Source: an uncultured Candidatus Saccharibacteria bacterium (GTDB taxonomy: Bacteria; Patescibacteriota; Minisyncoccia; Phycocordibacterales; UBA6899). From it: a stretch of DNA of 64,000 nucleotides. A program made the position numbers and the translations under genes. The stretch lies in NCBI GenBank assembly GCA_964515375.1, contig CAZERF010000004.1, forward strand, positions 22,012-86,011. The letters run 5' to 3'. The notes under the pieces are model-generated. The model did no database searches. It saw only the letters and a program-made list of their open reading frames with translations, and was not told the origin of the DNA. Of this stretch, positions 9,223-19,146 are shown piece after piece (within the stretch, counting starts at the first letter, position 1; each line of letters starts with the position of its first letter).

Positions 9223-10350
9223 ATGCGGATGCGTCCTATGCAGCACAAGAAAAAAAAACTCTGTTTTGTTCTTCCTGAGTACGCATCCGCGACACACTTC
9301 ACTTATGTCGCGGAGTTTATTGAAGCGCTTGCGGAGGAGTTCGATATATTTTTGATCGTTGAGAAGGGGATGCTTCCCGCGACATCACGCGTTTCTCGTC
9401 GGTATCGGGTACGCTCTCGTTTCGCACCTTTGCGCGTTCTTGAGACCATGTTCCTTCTTTTGCGCGCACGATCGCTCGGTTTTCGCATACAATACATTCA
9501 CTATTCATTCGTTGGTGCGATCGGAAGCGGGCTGATCACGCGTCTCTTTGGAGGAAGAACATTGTACTGGAATTGCGGGATGCCGTGGAAGTATACGCGT
9601 CCGCGCATCCAAGAATGGTATGAACATCTTGCTTTTCGTTTCATTCATATATTGGTGACGGGGGCCGACGCGCTCGTTTCGGGATATGCGAGATACTTCG
9701 GTATTTCCGCCGAGTCCATTGTTGTCATTCCGAACTGGATCGACGTTGCCGCTACTGACCGCACCGTCGCTCACCATGACAACGCTTCGCTTCGGCAAGA
9801 ACTTGCTATCCCTCTTGATGCGCCGATCCTCCTTTTTGTGCATCGGCTCGCGCGGCGCAAGGGGGCACACCTTCTTCCTGACATCCTCGCGCGGATAGAG
9901 CACCCGCATGCAGTCCTTGTCGTTGTTGGGGACGGTCCCGAGCGTGCTCTCCTTTCGGAGCGTTTTCGTTCGGAGGGGCTTTTCGAACGGGTGCGCATGG
10001 TGGGCGCGATCCCGCAGCATGAGGTCTTTCGGTATCTTTCCGCGGCGAATATCTTTCTTCTACCCTCAGAGGAGGAGGGGTTTCCTCATGTCCTCACCGA
10101 AGCAATGACGCTTCGTGTGCCGTATGTCGCAAGCGATGTCGGCGGAGTGCGCGAGATGACTCCTCCTGAGGCCCGTTCATTCATTGTTCCGTTTGGCGAT
10201 GTTCCTCACTTCGCGCGGGCGGTTGACCGGTTGATCGCAGACACGACGCTCCGCTCTCATGTTGGAGATACTCTACGGCAATGGGTTGTTCGTTATGATA
10301 AGAAACTTATTCTCGAACGATTCTCCTCGCTTATTCGGGGAATTTCATGA
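9223..10350 (+). CDS. glycosyltransferase family 4
   Basis: 'EEEGFPHVLTEAMTLRVPYVASDVGGVREM'. Confidence 0.8.
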   Translation: MRMRPMQHKKKKLCFVLPEYASATHFTYVAEFIEALAEEFDIFLIVEKGMLPATSRVSRRYRVRSRFAPLRVLETMFLLLRARSLGFRIQYIHYSFVGAIGSGLITRLFGGRTLYWNCGMPWKYTRPRIQEWYEHLAFRFIHILVTGADALVSGYARYFGISAESIVVIPNWIDVAATDRTVAHHDNASLRQELAIPLDAPILLFVHRLARRKGAHLLPDILARIEHPHAVLVVVGDGPERALLSERFRSEGLFERVRMVGAIPQHEVFRYLSAANIFLLPSEEEGFPHVLTEAMTLRVPYVASDVGGVREMTPPEARSFIVPFGDVPHFARAVDRLIADTTLRSHVGDTLRQWVVRYDKKLILERFSSLIRGIS

Positions 10351-10392
10351 CAGGGGCTTCTTTTTTCGGGAAGAAGTCTTGGATCACGAAAA

Positions 10393-10430
10393 AGAAAAAC
10401 AGCACATGAGAGGTCATGTGCTGTTTTTTT
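10393..10430. terminator. bidirectional rho-independent terminator
   Basis: 'cagcacatgagaggtcatgtgctg' hairpin with an A-run before and a T-run after, between convergent genes. Confidence 0.6.
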
Positions 10431-10433
10431 GTT

Positions 10434-10988
10434 TTAGACGATGAGCTCGCGCCAATTCTGCCAATTGATGCGACGTTTTTCCGGCGCGGTTGTGTTGTAT
10501 GTACGTTCAAAGACGAGGTGTTCCCACGAGGGTGTTCGTATTCCCTTGACGCTCTCCGCGTCGTCGATAAGGAAGTCACCGTGGACAAGCGTTTTGTCTC
10601 GCGCGGTATAGATCCGCATGGTCCAATCGCGACCAAGGTGTTCCTCGACCCATGCAAACTTTTCGGGTACACAAAACTGATATTCCCAGATCGGCGCGGT
10701 GCAGATGTACACCTCATGACCTTCACTCTGCATTGCGGTCAATGCTTCCTTTGCGCCGGGGATGAGGGGGAGTGAACGGAAGAACCCCTCTTGATTGCGG
10801 AGTGATTTGATCAGTGTGTGGTGTTCCTCGGGAAAATTTCGCTCAAACTCATAGTGCTTATCCGCTCCCGAATAGGTAGTGAACACGTTGGGGTAGTCTC
10901 GCTCGAGTATTGCAAGAAATCTCGCGTGCTGGTCGGCGATCACGCCGTCCATGTCGACAAGTATCGTTCGTGGTGTAGTCATGGTCAA
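10434..10988 (-). CDS. 5'(3')-deoxyribonucleotidase (HAD superfamily, NT5C family)
   Basis: 'ILVDMDGVIAD' aspartyl-phosphate motif, 'ICTAPIWEYQFCVPEKFAWVEEHLG', 'RDKTLVHGDFLIDD' and 'TPSWEHLVF' track the NT5C/dNT family along the whole length. Confidence 0.85.
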   Translation of the reverse strand: MTMTTPRTILVDMDGVIADQHARFLAILERDYPNVFTTYSGADKHYEFERNFPEEHHTLIKSLRNQEGFFRSLPLIPGAKEALTAMQSEGHEVYICTAPIWEYQFCVPEKFAWVEEHLGRDWTMRIYTARDKTLVHGDFLIDDAESVKGIRTPSWEHLVFERTYNTTAPEKRRINWQNWRELIV

Positions 10989-11053
10989 ATAGTACCTCCC
11001 AAGTGACGAGAGGACAATATTTCCCTTTATTCAAACTTTGCTACACTGAATTC

Positions 11054-12196
11054 ATGAGTATCCATCTTCTCATGTTGCATGACGACGCCGCTATTCTTGA
11101 CACCGATTCTCCTCTCCGCGCACGTTTGCGTGAACAAGCCGAATCGCTCATCGAGCTTCACGTGCTTGTGCCGTCGAGCAAAAGAGGGGATCACGAGCTG
11201 GTGAGGGATGGAAACATGTTCATCTACCCGATCGACACGTCGAAGAAGTGGGCGTTTTTTTCGGAGATGCGACGTGTCGGAGGCGAGATCTTGAGGGAAC
11301 GCGATAGAGCTGCGCGTTGGCTCGTGACCGCGCAGGATCCCTTCATGGTCGGCGCCGTCGCGTACCTCCTTGCCCGTCGTTTTCGTCTTCCGCTTCATCT
11401 CCAGGTGCACACCGATCCGTTCAGCCCTCGGTGGAGAACCGCTTCCTTGCGACATCGGATCGAATACGTGCTCTCACTTTTTCTTCTCACGCACGCCGAT
11501 GCGATACGCGTTGTATCGGAGCGAGTTCAAAGTGGGGTTCGCGCGCTCGGTGTTCCGAGTTCAAAGATCACCAAGGTCCCCATTTGGGTTGACGTTGATC
11601 ATTTTCGCGCCACCCCCGCATCGTTTGACCTTCATCGTTCATATCCGATCTACGCGAAGATCATCCTTTGCATCGGACGATTGGAACCCGAGAAGAACGT
11701 CAACGGTCTCATTCGCGCATTCGCGCGCGTGCACAAGGCTCACAGGGATACGATGTTGCTTATTGTCGGAAGCGGTTCCGAGAAGGAACGTCTCGTCACA
11801 CTTGCACGCTCTCTTGATCTCAAAAATTCCGTTGTTGTTGCTCCGTGGGCGCGAGACCTCGTCTCGTACTATAAGACCTGTGATATCTACGTGCAGCCTT
11901 CACATTATGAAGGGTGGGGGATGGCCGTTGTCGAAGCGCTTGCATCGGGAGCGCCGGTCATTATGACCGACGTCGGGTGCGCGGGAGAGATCGTGCGCAA
12001 TGAAGACACAGGGCTTGTTGTGCGTGTCGGAAGCGAGGACGAACTCACCCACGCCCTCATGCGTCTCGTTGAGAACAATTCCTTGCGGCTCGCGCTTTCT
12101 GCCGCCGGTTCGCGCGCGGTCGAACATTGTGCGACCAAAGAGGAGACCCTCGAGTTGTATAAGGCGAGTTGGGAGCGCGCCTTCACGCGGAACTGA
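11054..12196 (+). CDS. glycosyltransferase family 4
   Basis: 'EGWGMAVVEALASGAPVIMTDVGCAGEIVRNEDTGLVV'. The ORF is open from 11003; the start is taken at MSIHLLML. Confidence 0.8.
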   Translation: MSIHLLMLHDDAAILDTDSPLRARLREQAESLIELHVLVPSSKRGDHELVRDGNMFIYPIDTSKKWAFFSEMRRVGGEILRERDRAARWLVTAQDPFMVGAVAYLLARRFRLPLHLQVHTDPFSPRWRTASLRHRIEYVLSLFLLTHADAIRVVSERVQSGVRALGVPSSKITKVPIWVDVDHFRATPASFDLHRSYPIYAKIILCIGRLEPEKNVNGLIRAFARVHKAHRDTMLLIVGSGSEKERLVTLARSLDLKNSVVVAPWARDLVSYYKTCDIYVQPSHYEGWGMAVVEALASGAPVIMTDVGCAGEIVRNEDTGLVVRVGSEDELTHALMRLVENNSLRLALSAAGSRAVEHCATKEETLELYKASWERAFTRN

Positions 12197-12206
12197 CGAG
12201 AATATC

Positions 12207-13223
12207 ATGCCGAGCAAAAGATCCGCGACACCGCAAAAACCAAAAAAGATCGTCGTTATTGGAGGAGGAACGGGAACCTTTACCGTCCTCTCCGGACTCA
12301 AACACTATCCGGTCGAACTCTCCGCGATCGTCGCGATGTCCGACGACGGTGGTTCGACCGGGCGATTGCGTGACGAATTTGGCGTCCTCCCTCCCGGCGA
12401 CCTTCGCCAGTGTCTCGTCGCGCTTTCGGAGGCGGATGTTGTCATGCGCAAACTCTTTACTCATCGCTTTGATCGCGGAGACCTTGCGGGTCATAGTTTT
12501 GGCAATATCTTCATCTCCACCCTCGAGCAGGTCACCGGATCGCTTGGGCACGCGCTTGATGTCGCGGGGAAGATCCTAAACATTCGCGGGCGTGTGATCC
12601 CTGTCACCTTCTCAAAAGTTGAACTTATCGCGGAACTCCGGAATGGAAAGGTGTTGAAAGGTGAGCATTCCATCACCGATTATCAGCTTGTATCACGCTT
12701 TGGGATCAAGCGTCTCCGTCTCGCGCCCCGCCCAACGCTCAATCCCGACGCGCGCAAAGCAATCCGCGAAGCCGATATGGTCATTGTTGGACCGGGTAAT
12801 CTTTATTGCTCCCTCATCCCCAACTTTCTTGTTCCCGGACTTGGTCGCGCGCTTGCCGCGTCGTCCGCGCAAAAGGTTTATGTCGCGAATTTGATGAACA
12901 AACACGGACACACGGATGATTTCTCCGTGCGTGAATACGTTGCAGTGCTTGAAGGTGCGATCGGTCGACGTGGAGTCTTTGATGTGGTTATCGAGAACAC
13001 GCAAGCACCTCCACCCGCCTTGGTGCGGAAATACGCCGACGAAGGAAGCCCCCTCACTCCTTTTGTCGTGAAGCGTGGAGACACCTTTCGTCGTGTCGGT
13101 GCGGACCTCCTCGCGGGGCGCCTTCCAAAAGCAAAGAACAAAGACCCGATCCGTCGCACACTCATTCGCCACGACCCCGACAAGCTCGCGCGCGTACTGA
13201 TGCGGATATTAGAAACAACATAA
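12207..13223 (+). CDS. YvcK/CofD-like (UPF0052) gluconeogenesis-factor family protein
   Basis: 'IVVIGGGTGTFTVLSGLKHYPVELSAIVAMSDDGGSTGRLR' is the hallmark N-terminus. Confidence 0.8.
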   Translation: MPSKRSATPQKPKKIVVIGGGTGTFTVLSGLKHYPVELSAIVAMSDDGGSTGRLRDEFGVLPPGDLRQCLVALSEADVVMRKLFTHRFDRGDLAGHSFGNIFISTLEQVTGSLGHALDVAGKILNIRGRVIPVTFSKVELIAELRNGKVLKGEHSITDYQLVSRFGIKRLRLAPRPTLNPDARKAIREADMVIVGPGNLYCSLIPNFLVPGLGRALAASSAQKVYVANLMNKHGHTDDFSVREYVAVLEGAIGRRGVFDVVIENTQAPPPALVRKYADEGSPLTPFVVKRGDTFRRVGADLLAGRLPKAKNKDPIRRTLIRHDPDKLARVLMRILETT

Positions 13224-13236
13224 TCATTCACACATC

Positions 13237-14103
13237 ATGAAACTTGGATTTATTGGGCAGGGATGGATCGGAAAGAATTTCTCGGATCACTTTGAAGAGC
13301 GCGGTTTTGATATGGTGCGATATGCGAAGATGCCGGAATATGAAATGAACAAGGATGCCATCGCGACATGCGATATCGTTTTTATCGCTGTCCCGACACC
13401 GACAACCCCGCAAGGATTCGACGACAGTATTTTGCGTTCGGTCATCGGTATCGTAGGGAAGGGGAAGACTGCGGTGATCAAGTCGACGATCCTTCCGGGA
13501 ACGACCAACGCAATTGCCGCTCTTCATCCCGATATCTTTCTCATGCACTCCCCCGAGTTCTTGCGTGAGGCATCCGTTCGTCATGATATCGACGAGCCGG
13601 ATCGCAACATCATCGGTATCCCGGATGCATATGTGAATGATCCGGAATGGATCCGTCGCGCCGAAGAGGTCATGAGCGTACTCCCGGATGCTCCGTACGA
13701 GCGTATCTGTTCCAGCACTGAGGCCGAATTCACGAAGTATGGAGGGAATGACTTTTTGTATACCAAGGTGGTCTTTATGAATCTGCTGTATGATCTTGTG
13801 TCTCGTCGTGGCGGACGCTGGGACGTCGTCGCCGAGAACATGATGGCGGATCCGCGTATCGGCACTTCTCACATGCAGCCGGTGCATCAGTATGGACACA
13901 TGGGAGATCGCCCCGGTCGCGGTGCGGGAGGGCACTGCTTCATCAAAGATTTCGCCGCACTGCGCGAGCTGTATGAACAAGAGATCCCCGAAGACAAGGA
14001 AGCGATCGCGCTCTTGCGTGCGTTCGAAGCAAAAAACAACAAGATGCTTCGTGATTCAGGCAAGGATCTCGATCTTCTTGAAGGGGTGTATGGTAAAGCG
14101 TAG
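13237..14103 (+). CDS. UDP-glucose/GDP-mannose dehydrogenase family protein, short form lacking the C-terminal UDP-binding domain
   Basis: 'GFIGQGWIGKN' NAD-binding, 'IFIAVPTPTT', 'IKSTILPGTT', and 'GGHCFIKDF' matching the catalytic-Cys GGxCxxKD motif. Confidence 0.6.
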   Translation: MKLGFIGQGWIGKNFSDHFEERGFDMVRYAKMPEYEMNKDAIATCDIVFIAVPTPTTPQGFDDSILRSVIGIVGKGKTAVIKSTILPGTTNAIAALHPDIFLMHSPEFLREASVRHDIDEPDRNIIGIPDAYVNDPEWIRRAEEVMSVLPDAPYERICSSTEAEFTKYGGNDFLYTKVVFMNLLYDLVSRRGGRWDVVAENMMADPRIGTSHMQPVHQYGHMGDRPGRGAGGHCFIKDFAALRELYEQEIPEDKEAIALLRAFEAKNNKMLRDSGKDLDLLEGVYGKA

Positions 14104-14113
14104 CGCTCCTCGC

Positions 14114-14836
14114 TCACTTCTTTCGCGCGACGATGAGGATGTTGCGCTGTGTCGGCTTGCTGCTCACTCTATTCTTTTCGTGGATCGTGCGTGCGACGAT
14201 GTCGCTCCCCACGACTTCGAATCCGTTCGCCTTGAGTAGTCGCGTGAGTTCGCGCACGGTGAAGGCGTGGAGGTATCGGGGATGCTTCGTTTTGCCGAAC
14301 GTGAGCCATGTGTCGCCAAGATCAAGTTTCGAGAGCCCGATCAAACGTCGGAGCGCGTTTAAGAGTACGTGTCTACGGTAGGGAGGTTCAAAGAGATACC
14401 ATGCGGTCACAATGAACACGCTTCCCGGCTTGAGCACGCGAGCGGCCTCCTTGACGAAGGCGTGACGCAGCGCCTTGCTCGGGATGTGATGGATCGTCGC
14501 AAAGGAGAAGGCGATATCAAATGAGCGATCGGGGAAGGGGAGGGCGGTCGCATCTCCTTCCATGAAGGTTACTCCGGGGAATTGTTTGCGCGCCTCCTCG
14601 AGAAGTCCCTTCGAGTTATCGAGGCCGACATAGGCAATATGTCGATCGCGAAGGACAGGGAAGAATCTTCCGTTCCCGCATCCGATATCAAGCACGGTCA
14701 TGCCTGGCATTGCGTGTTCGGCAAGAAAAGTAAGTTCTTCCCAAAATCTCGCTCGCGTCATCGCGAATTCCGGCGCCATGTTGTCGTAGGATGCTTTGCT
14801 TTCGGTCAAGATGCGTTGTGCGACATCGCGCTTCAT
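14114..14836 (-). CDS. class I SAM-dependent methyltransferase
   Basis: 'VLDIGCGNGRF' motif I. The start is taken at MKRDVAQR; the frame is open further upstream, to 15007. Confidence 0.75.
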   Translation of the reverse strand: MKRDVAQRILTESKASYDNMAPEFAMTRARFWEELTFLAEHAMPGMTVLDIGCGNGRFFPVLRDRHIAYVGLDNSKGLLEEARKQFPGVTFMEGDATALPFPDRSFDIAFSFATIHHIPSKALRHAFVKEAARVLKPGSVFIVTAWYLFEPPYRRHVLLNALRRLIGLSKLDLGDTWLTFGKTKHPRYLHAFTVRELTRLLKANGFEVVGSDIVARTIHEKNRVSSKPTQRNILIVARKK

Positions 14837-14854
14837 AGTAGTGTTAATCCTACA

Positions 14855-16546
14855 ATGCTGTTCGCAAATATCAAAACCGACGAGGACGTGACGCGACTCA
14901 AAAAGCGGATCGTGAAGGATCCGGAACTTTCGCGCGCGCTCGCTGTGATCCGTGAGCGGATGACCTACCCCAAGGATGGAGTGCTTCATCCCAAAGGCGC
15001 ACGCCAAGGACTCCCGACCAAGGCGGAACTCTTGATCATGTATCGTGACTTGGTCGCTCGGGGCGAAGAGAAAGAGGACGACCGCGTGCTCCAGCTCTTG
15101 CGCAAGATCAAGACCAAGTCAAATTCGGGCATTGCCGTTGTCTCACTTCTCACGAAGCCATTTCCGTGCCCCGGCCGCTGTACGTATTGCCCGACTGAGG
15201 AAAACATGCCGAAGAGTTATCTCTCCAAGGAGCCCGCCGCCGCCCGTGCACTCTTAAACGATTTTGATCCGTACCTCCAGATCATGAATCGTTTGAAGGC
15301 GCTTCAAATGAATGGCCATCCGATCGACAAGATCGAGATGATCGTGATCGGCGGTACGTGGAGCTTCTATCATCCCGCGTACCAGGAAGAATTTTTGATC
15401 GGTTGCTATCGCGCGTGCAATGACTACGGGAAAAAGAACGGGAACGAGGAAGAGAAGGAGCGCACACCGGAGCCGATGCCACAGACTGCGGACGGACGAC
15501 GTGCGCTCCTTGAGGAACTCCAGAATGAGAACGAACTCGCCGCATGTCGCATCATCGGACTCTCGATCGAGACGCGCCCCGACTATATCACCGACTTCGA
15601 GGTCGCCCGTCTGCGCGCGCTCGGTGTGACCAAGGTCGAGATCGGTGTTCAGCATGTGGACGACGATATTCTTCGTCGCACGAAACGTGACATGTCGATC
15701 GCGCGCGTGAAGGACGCGACGGAGAAGTTGCGCAATGCCGGATTCAAGGTGGTCTACCATATGATGCCGAATCTTCCCGGATCGACCATTGAGCGCGATA
15801 TTGCCATGTTCGGCGAACTCTTCGCGGGTGAGGATTTTCAGCCCGACATGCTCAAGATCTATCCGTGTATGGTGCTCGACCACAGTGAATTGCATGAAAC
15901 ATGGCAGGCAGGCGGATTTACCCCGTACACCGACGAAGAATTGATCAGGGTCCTTCGGGGCGCAAAGCAATTTGTACCCCCGTACGTGCGCATTTTGCGC
16001 GTCATACGCGACATTCCCGCTTCCTATATCAAAGCGGGGAGTACCCTCTCGAATCTGCGCCAAGCGATGGATGACGACATGAAAAAGAACGGTTGGCAAT
16101 GTCGCTGTATCCGTTGTCGCGAGATCCGTGAAGAAGAGGTCCACCCTGAAGCATTTGCGCTCGAGCGGATCACCTATCGCACAACAACGGGAACCGAGCA
16201 TTTCTTGAGTTTCGAGAAAGAGGGCGAGGACGGACACAAACGGCTTGCATCCTTCACCCGCCTACGCCTTCCTGATGACCATGGAGAAGCGGCGCTTCTC
16301 CCGGTCCTCCGCGGTGCGGCACTTATTCGTGAACTTCACACCTACGGTCGCCATACGAAGATCGGCGGGGCAGGGGAGCAAGGACAGCACGTCGGTTTCG
16401 GCCGACGACTCATTGCCGAGGCGGAGTGCATCGCGCGCGACGCGGGCTACACGAAACTCGCGATCATCTCCGGAATCGGTGTCCGCGAATACTATCGCAA
16501 GCTCGGCTACCACCTCGAAGGGACGTACATGGTGAAGGAGCTTTAG
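14855..16546 (+). CDS. elp3: Elp3-like radical SAM / GNAT acetyltransferase (tRNA U34 carboxymethyl-modification family)
   Basis: Radical-SAM cluster region 'CPGRCTYCP', core Elp3-like 'IIGLSIETRPDYIT...LGVTKVEIGVQHVDDDILRRTKR', and a C-terminal GNAT fold 'GFGRRLIAEAE...GIGVREYYRKLGY'. Confidence 0.8.
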   Translation: MLFANIKTDEDVTRLKKRIVKDPELSRALAVIRERMTYPKDGVLHPKGARQGLPTKAELLIMYRDLVARGEEKEDDRVLQLLRKIKTKSNSGIAVVSLLTKPFPCPGRCTYCPTEENMPKSYLSKEPAAARALLNDFDPYLQIMNRLKALQMNGHPIDKIEMIVIGGTWSFYHPAYQEEFLIGCYRACNDYGKKNGNEEEKERTPEPMPQTADGRRALLEELQNENELAACRIIGLSIETRPDYITDFEVARLRALGVTKVEIGVQHVDDDILRRTKRDMSIARVKDATEKLRNAGFKVVYHMMPNLPGSTIERDIAMFGELFAGEDFQPDMLKIYPCMVLDHSELHETWQAGGFTPYTDEELIRVLRGAKQFVPPYVRILRVIRDIPASYIKAGSTLSNLRQAMDDDMKKNGWQCRCIRCREIREEEVHPEAFALERITYRTTTGTEHFLSFEKEGEDGHKRLASFTRLRLPDDHGEAALLPVLRGAALIRELHTYGRHTKIGGAGEQGQHVGFGRRLIAEAECIARDAGYTKLAIISGIGVREYYRKLGYHLEGTYMVKEL

Positions 16547-16584
16547 GCTGCACACCGAAACCTGAAGTGATTACCCTCCCCCCC

Positions 16585-16602
16585 CTTTTTTTTGACTGAC
16601 GA
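16585..16602. repeat. homopolymeric C8-T9 tract
   Basis: 'cccccccc ttttttttt' immediately 3' of elp3-like, in the intergenic region before gtrA-like. Confidence 0.8.
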
Positions 16603-16631
16603 GATTTCCTCCTCATGTTAGAATCAGAGTC

Positions 16632-17075
16632 ATGATCGCGACGGCTTCGGAATTTTTTTCTCGTCACGCGCAGCTCGTGCGATTCCTTATTTCAGGAAGT
16701 ACGGCGACGGCGACCAATCTTGTTGTTGCATACGTCGCGACGGATATCTTCGGACTCTACTACCTTCTCTCCTCCGGAATCGCGTTTGTGTTGAGCTTTC
16801 TCGTCAGTTTTTCGCTTCAAAAATTCTGGACATTTGAAAGCCGCGAGATCTCGCGCATCCCTCGACAGGCGGTGATCGCGCTTGGTGTCGCGGGTGGGAA
16901 TCTCGTGTTGAACACCTTTCTCGTCTTCTGTTTTGTCGAGTGTGCGGGCCTCCACTACCTCGTCGGGCAATTTCTCGCGAGTGCGATCATTGCATGCGAG
17001 ACATTCTTTCTCTTCAAATTTGTGGTATTTGTTCCGGCAAGAGTGTCGCAAAAAGAAACACCGCCATCCTTGTAG
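16632..17075 (+). CDS. GtrA family membrane protein
   Basis: 'FLISGSTATATNLVVAYV' plus a four-TM small protein; typical GtrA. Confidence 0.75.
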   Translation: MIATASEFFSRHAQLVRFLISGSTATATNLVVAYVATDIFGLYYLLSSGIAFVLSFLVSFSLQKFWTFESREISRIPRQAVIALGVAGGNLVLNTFLVFCFVECAGLHYLVGQFLASAIIACETFFLFKFVVFVPARVSQKETPPSL

Positions 17076-17105
17076 ATGACGGCGTGTTGGTGAACCCGAA
17101 AAATT

Positions 17106-17567
17106 TCAGATCCAGCCCTTCCATGAGTACTGCATGGTAAGGAATTTTTCGCGGAGCAAAAACGCGAACGCGCTTCGTCTCCACCACTTCTTGGACTTCG
17201 GATCAAAGACCCCGCGCTTCATGTTTGCCAGCAAGATGGGGAGCTTCATCTTCCTTGCGCACTTCTCCGCGCGCGGTGCCTCCATGGCGTGGACCACAAG
17301 GAAGACTCGCTCGATCTTCTCTCTTGCGACCCGTTCCTTGACCTCGAGCAGCGCGTCGTGAAGCCCGGTGTGCGCGATGACTCGCTCCGCCTTCATCGGG
17401 TAGGGGAGAATGTCGGCGATCTCGGGACTTGCCCAGATGGGGTCACTCATGATGCTTGCGTATTTTGCCGCACGCCGAGCGATCGTTTCGTCGATGGGGT
17501 CTTCCGATCTGTCGGAGGGTTCTCGTTCTGAAGATGAAAGTGCGATGACAACCTGTTTCGTGACCAT
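17106..17567 (-). CDS. hypothetical protein, tentatively DUF218/YdcF-like
   Basis: 'FLVVHAMEAPRA' loosely resembles the DUF218 'TSxxHMPRA' motif. Weak. Confidence 0.35.
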   Translation of the reverse strand: MVTKQVVIALSSSEREPSDRSEDPIDETIARRAAKYASIMSDPIWASPEIADILPYPMKAERVIAHTGLHDALLEVKERVAREKIERVFLVVHAMEAPRAEKCARKMKLPILLANMKRGVFDPKSKKWWRRSAFAFLLREKFLTMQYSWKGWI

Positions 17568-17742
17568 ACGTCCTCCTTGCGCGTAACAGATATCCTTCTT
17601 AAATTATATCACGAAAATACAATTTGTGCAATACTCTGCTCCGAAGCTTTATGTCTCATGAAGTATGGTAGAATGGACCTCGGCACAAGATGAGTCGGGT
17701 TTCCTTTTGCATTTGTGCTGATTTATTCAAAAGTGAGAATCT

Positions 17743-18363
17743 ATGCCTTCATCATTTTCTTTTGCGATCGATCTTTTTTCAATATGGATGCGCAGGAAGG
17801 ACCCCGTGTATGAACTTCTTTTAAAAGGGAAGCGTGTGCTGGACATGGGGTGCGGGGAAGGAAAACTGCTCAAAAAAGACCCTGCGCTCATTTGCGGTAT
17901 CGATATCAATGATTCCGCACTTGTGCGTCTTGCCAAGGAGGGATTGCAGGCGAAGAGGGGGAGTGTGACCGATATTCCCTACGAAGATGCAACGTTTGAC
18001 GCAGTGCATTGTAGTAATATCATCGAGCATCTCGATCCGATCGCCGCACGAGCAATGCTCCTTGAGGCAAAGCGAGTGCTCAAAAAGGGAGGTATCGCTA
18101 TTATCATTACGCCGATGCCTAAGACGGTGTGGAACACCTTCGGACACATTCGTCCGTATCCACCCATGGCCATCAAAAAGCTCTTCCGCGAGGTGAGTCT
18201 CGAGGCATTCGACTCGGTATCCGGGCTTGAGGTTGAGCGGGTCTTTTATTACGGCGTGTGGGGGCGCAACAAATTCGCATTTCTCCTTTCGACTATCATC
18301 GCGCAGGTCACCCCATTTCTCCGCGGTTCGTATTTGATGGTCATTCGAAAGAAAGGTGATTAG
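17743..18363 (+). CDS. class I SAM-dependent methyltransferase (Methyltransf_11-like)
   Basis: 'VLDMGCGEGKLL', 'AVHCSNIIEHL', 'LKKGGIAIII'. Confidence 0.75.
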   Translation: MPSSFSFAIDLFSIWMRRKDPVYELLLKGKRVLDMGCGEGKLLKKDPALICGIDINDSALVRLAKEGLQAKRGSVTDIPYEDATFDAVHCSNIIEHLDPIAARAMLLEAKRVLKKGGIAIIITPMPKTVWNTFGHIRPYPPMAIKKLFREVSLEAFDSVSGLEVERVFYYGVWGRNKFAFLLSTIIAQVTPFLRGSYLMVIRKKGD

Positions 18364-18381
18364 TATGGTGCGCATGAGATC

Positions 18382-19146
18382 ATGATCTGGTTGAAACGAA
18401 CATTTCTTGCATTTCTTTTTCTTCTCCGAACTCTCTACCGCGGAATATTTCGCGCTCCTGAAGTGTCCGTGCTCGTGTATCACTCGGTTGCGCGGGGTGA
18501 TCGGGATATTGCTGTCGACCCCGACACATTCGACGCGCATCTTGCCGCTCTCATGCGGTGGGGATATCGTTTTGTGACGGTGGAGGAAGTGGTCTCGTGG
18601 ACGAAAGGGGAAGGAGAGATCCCTGCAAAGGCGGTCGCGATCACTTTTGACGACGGGTATGCCGACAATGCGACCAATGCGCTCCCTATTCTTGAAAAGT
18701 ATCGTGCCCCCGCGATGATCTTTCTTGTTGAAAACGGAATAGGTGAATGGAATAGCGACGGGATACCCCTTCTCGATGAAGAGGGAAGGAAAGCCCTTCT
18801 GGAATCGGGATTGATCTCCTTCGGCTCCCATTCTCGTTCGCACCTCATGCTCGATCGCGTCTCCGCTTCGGTGCTTGAGCGAGAGATCGCACGCGGGGAC
18901 TATCGCTTCTTTGCATATCCGGGCGGGCATGGCAACAGCGAGGTCTATCGGGCGGTCGAGCGAGCGGGGTATGATGCTGCTTTTTCGATCAAGCCGGGGT
19001 TATTACGAAGAGGTGACCACCTGTTCACCTTGCGTCGCAATGTGATCACGCGCGGTATGCCCCTTTTTGACCTTCGCATGCGTGTGTCCTATGCAATGCA
19101 TTGGTACGGACGTATTACTGTCGCGTGGAAGAGAAAGAAAATATGA
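18382..19146 (+). CDS. polysaccharide deacetylase (NodB / CE4 family), membrane anchored
   Basis: N-terminal TM; 'ITFDDGYADN' is the NodB motif 1, followed by 'SHSRSH'. Confidence 0.8.
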   Translation: MIWLKRTFLAFLFLLRTLYRGIFRAPEVSVLVYHSVARGDRDIAVDPDTFDAHLAALMRWGYRFVTVEEVVSWTKGEGEIPAKAVAITFDDGYADNATNALPILEKYRAPAMIFLVENGIGEWNSDGIPLLDEEGRKALLESGLISFGSHSRSHLMLDRVSASVLEREIARGDYRFFAYPGGHGNSEVYRAVERAGYDAAFSIKPGLLRRGDHLFTLRRNVITRGMPLFDLRMRVSYAMHWYGRITVAWKRKKI

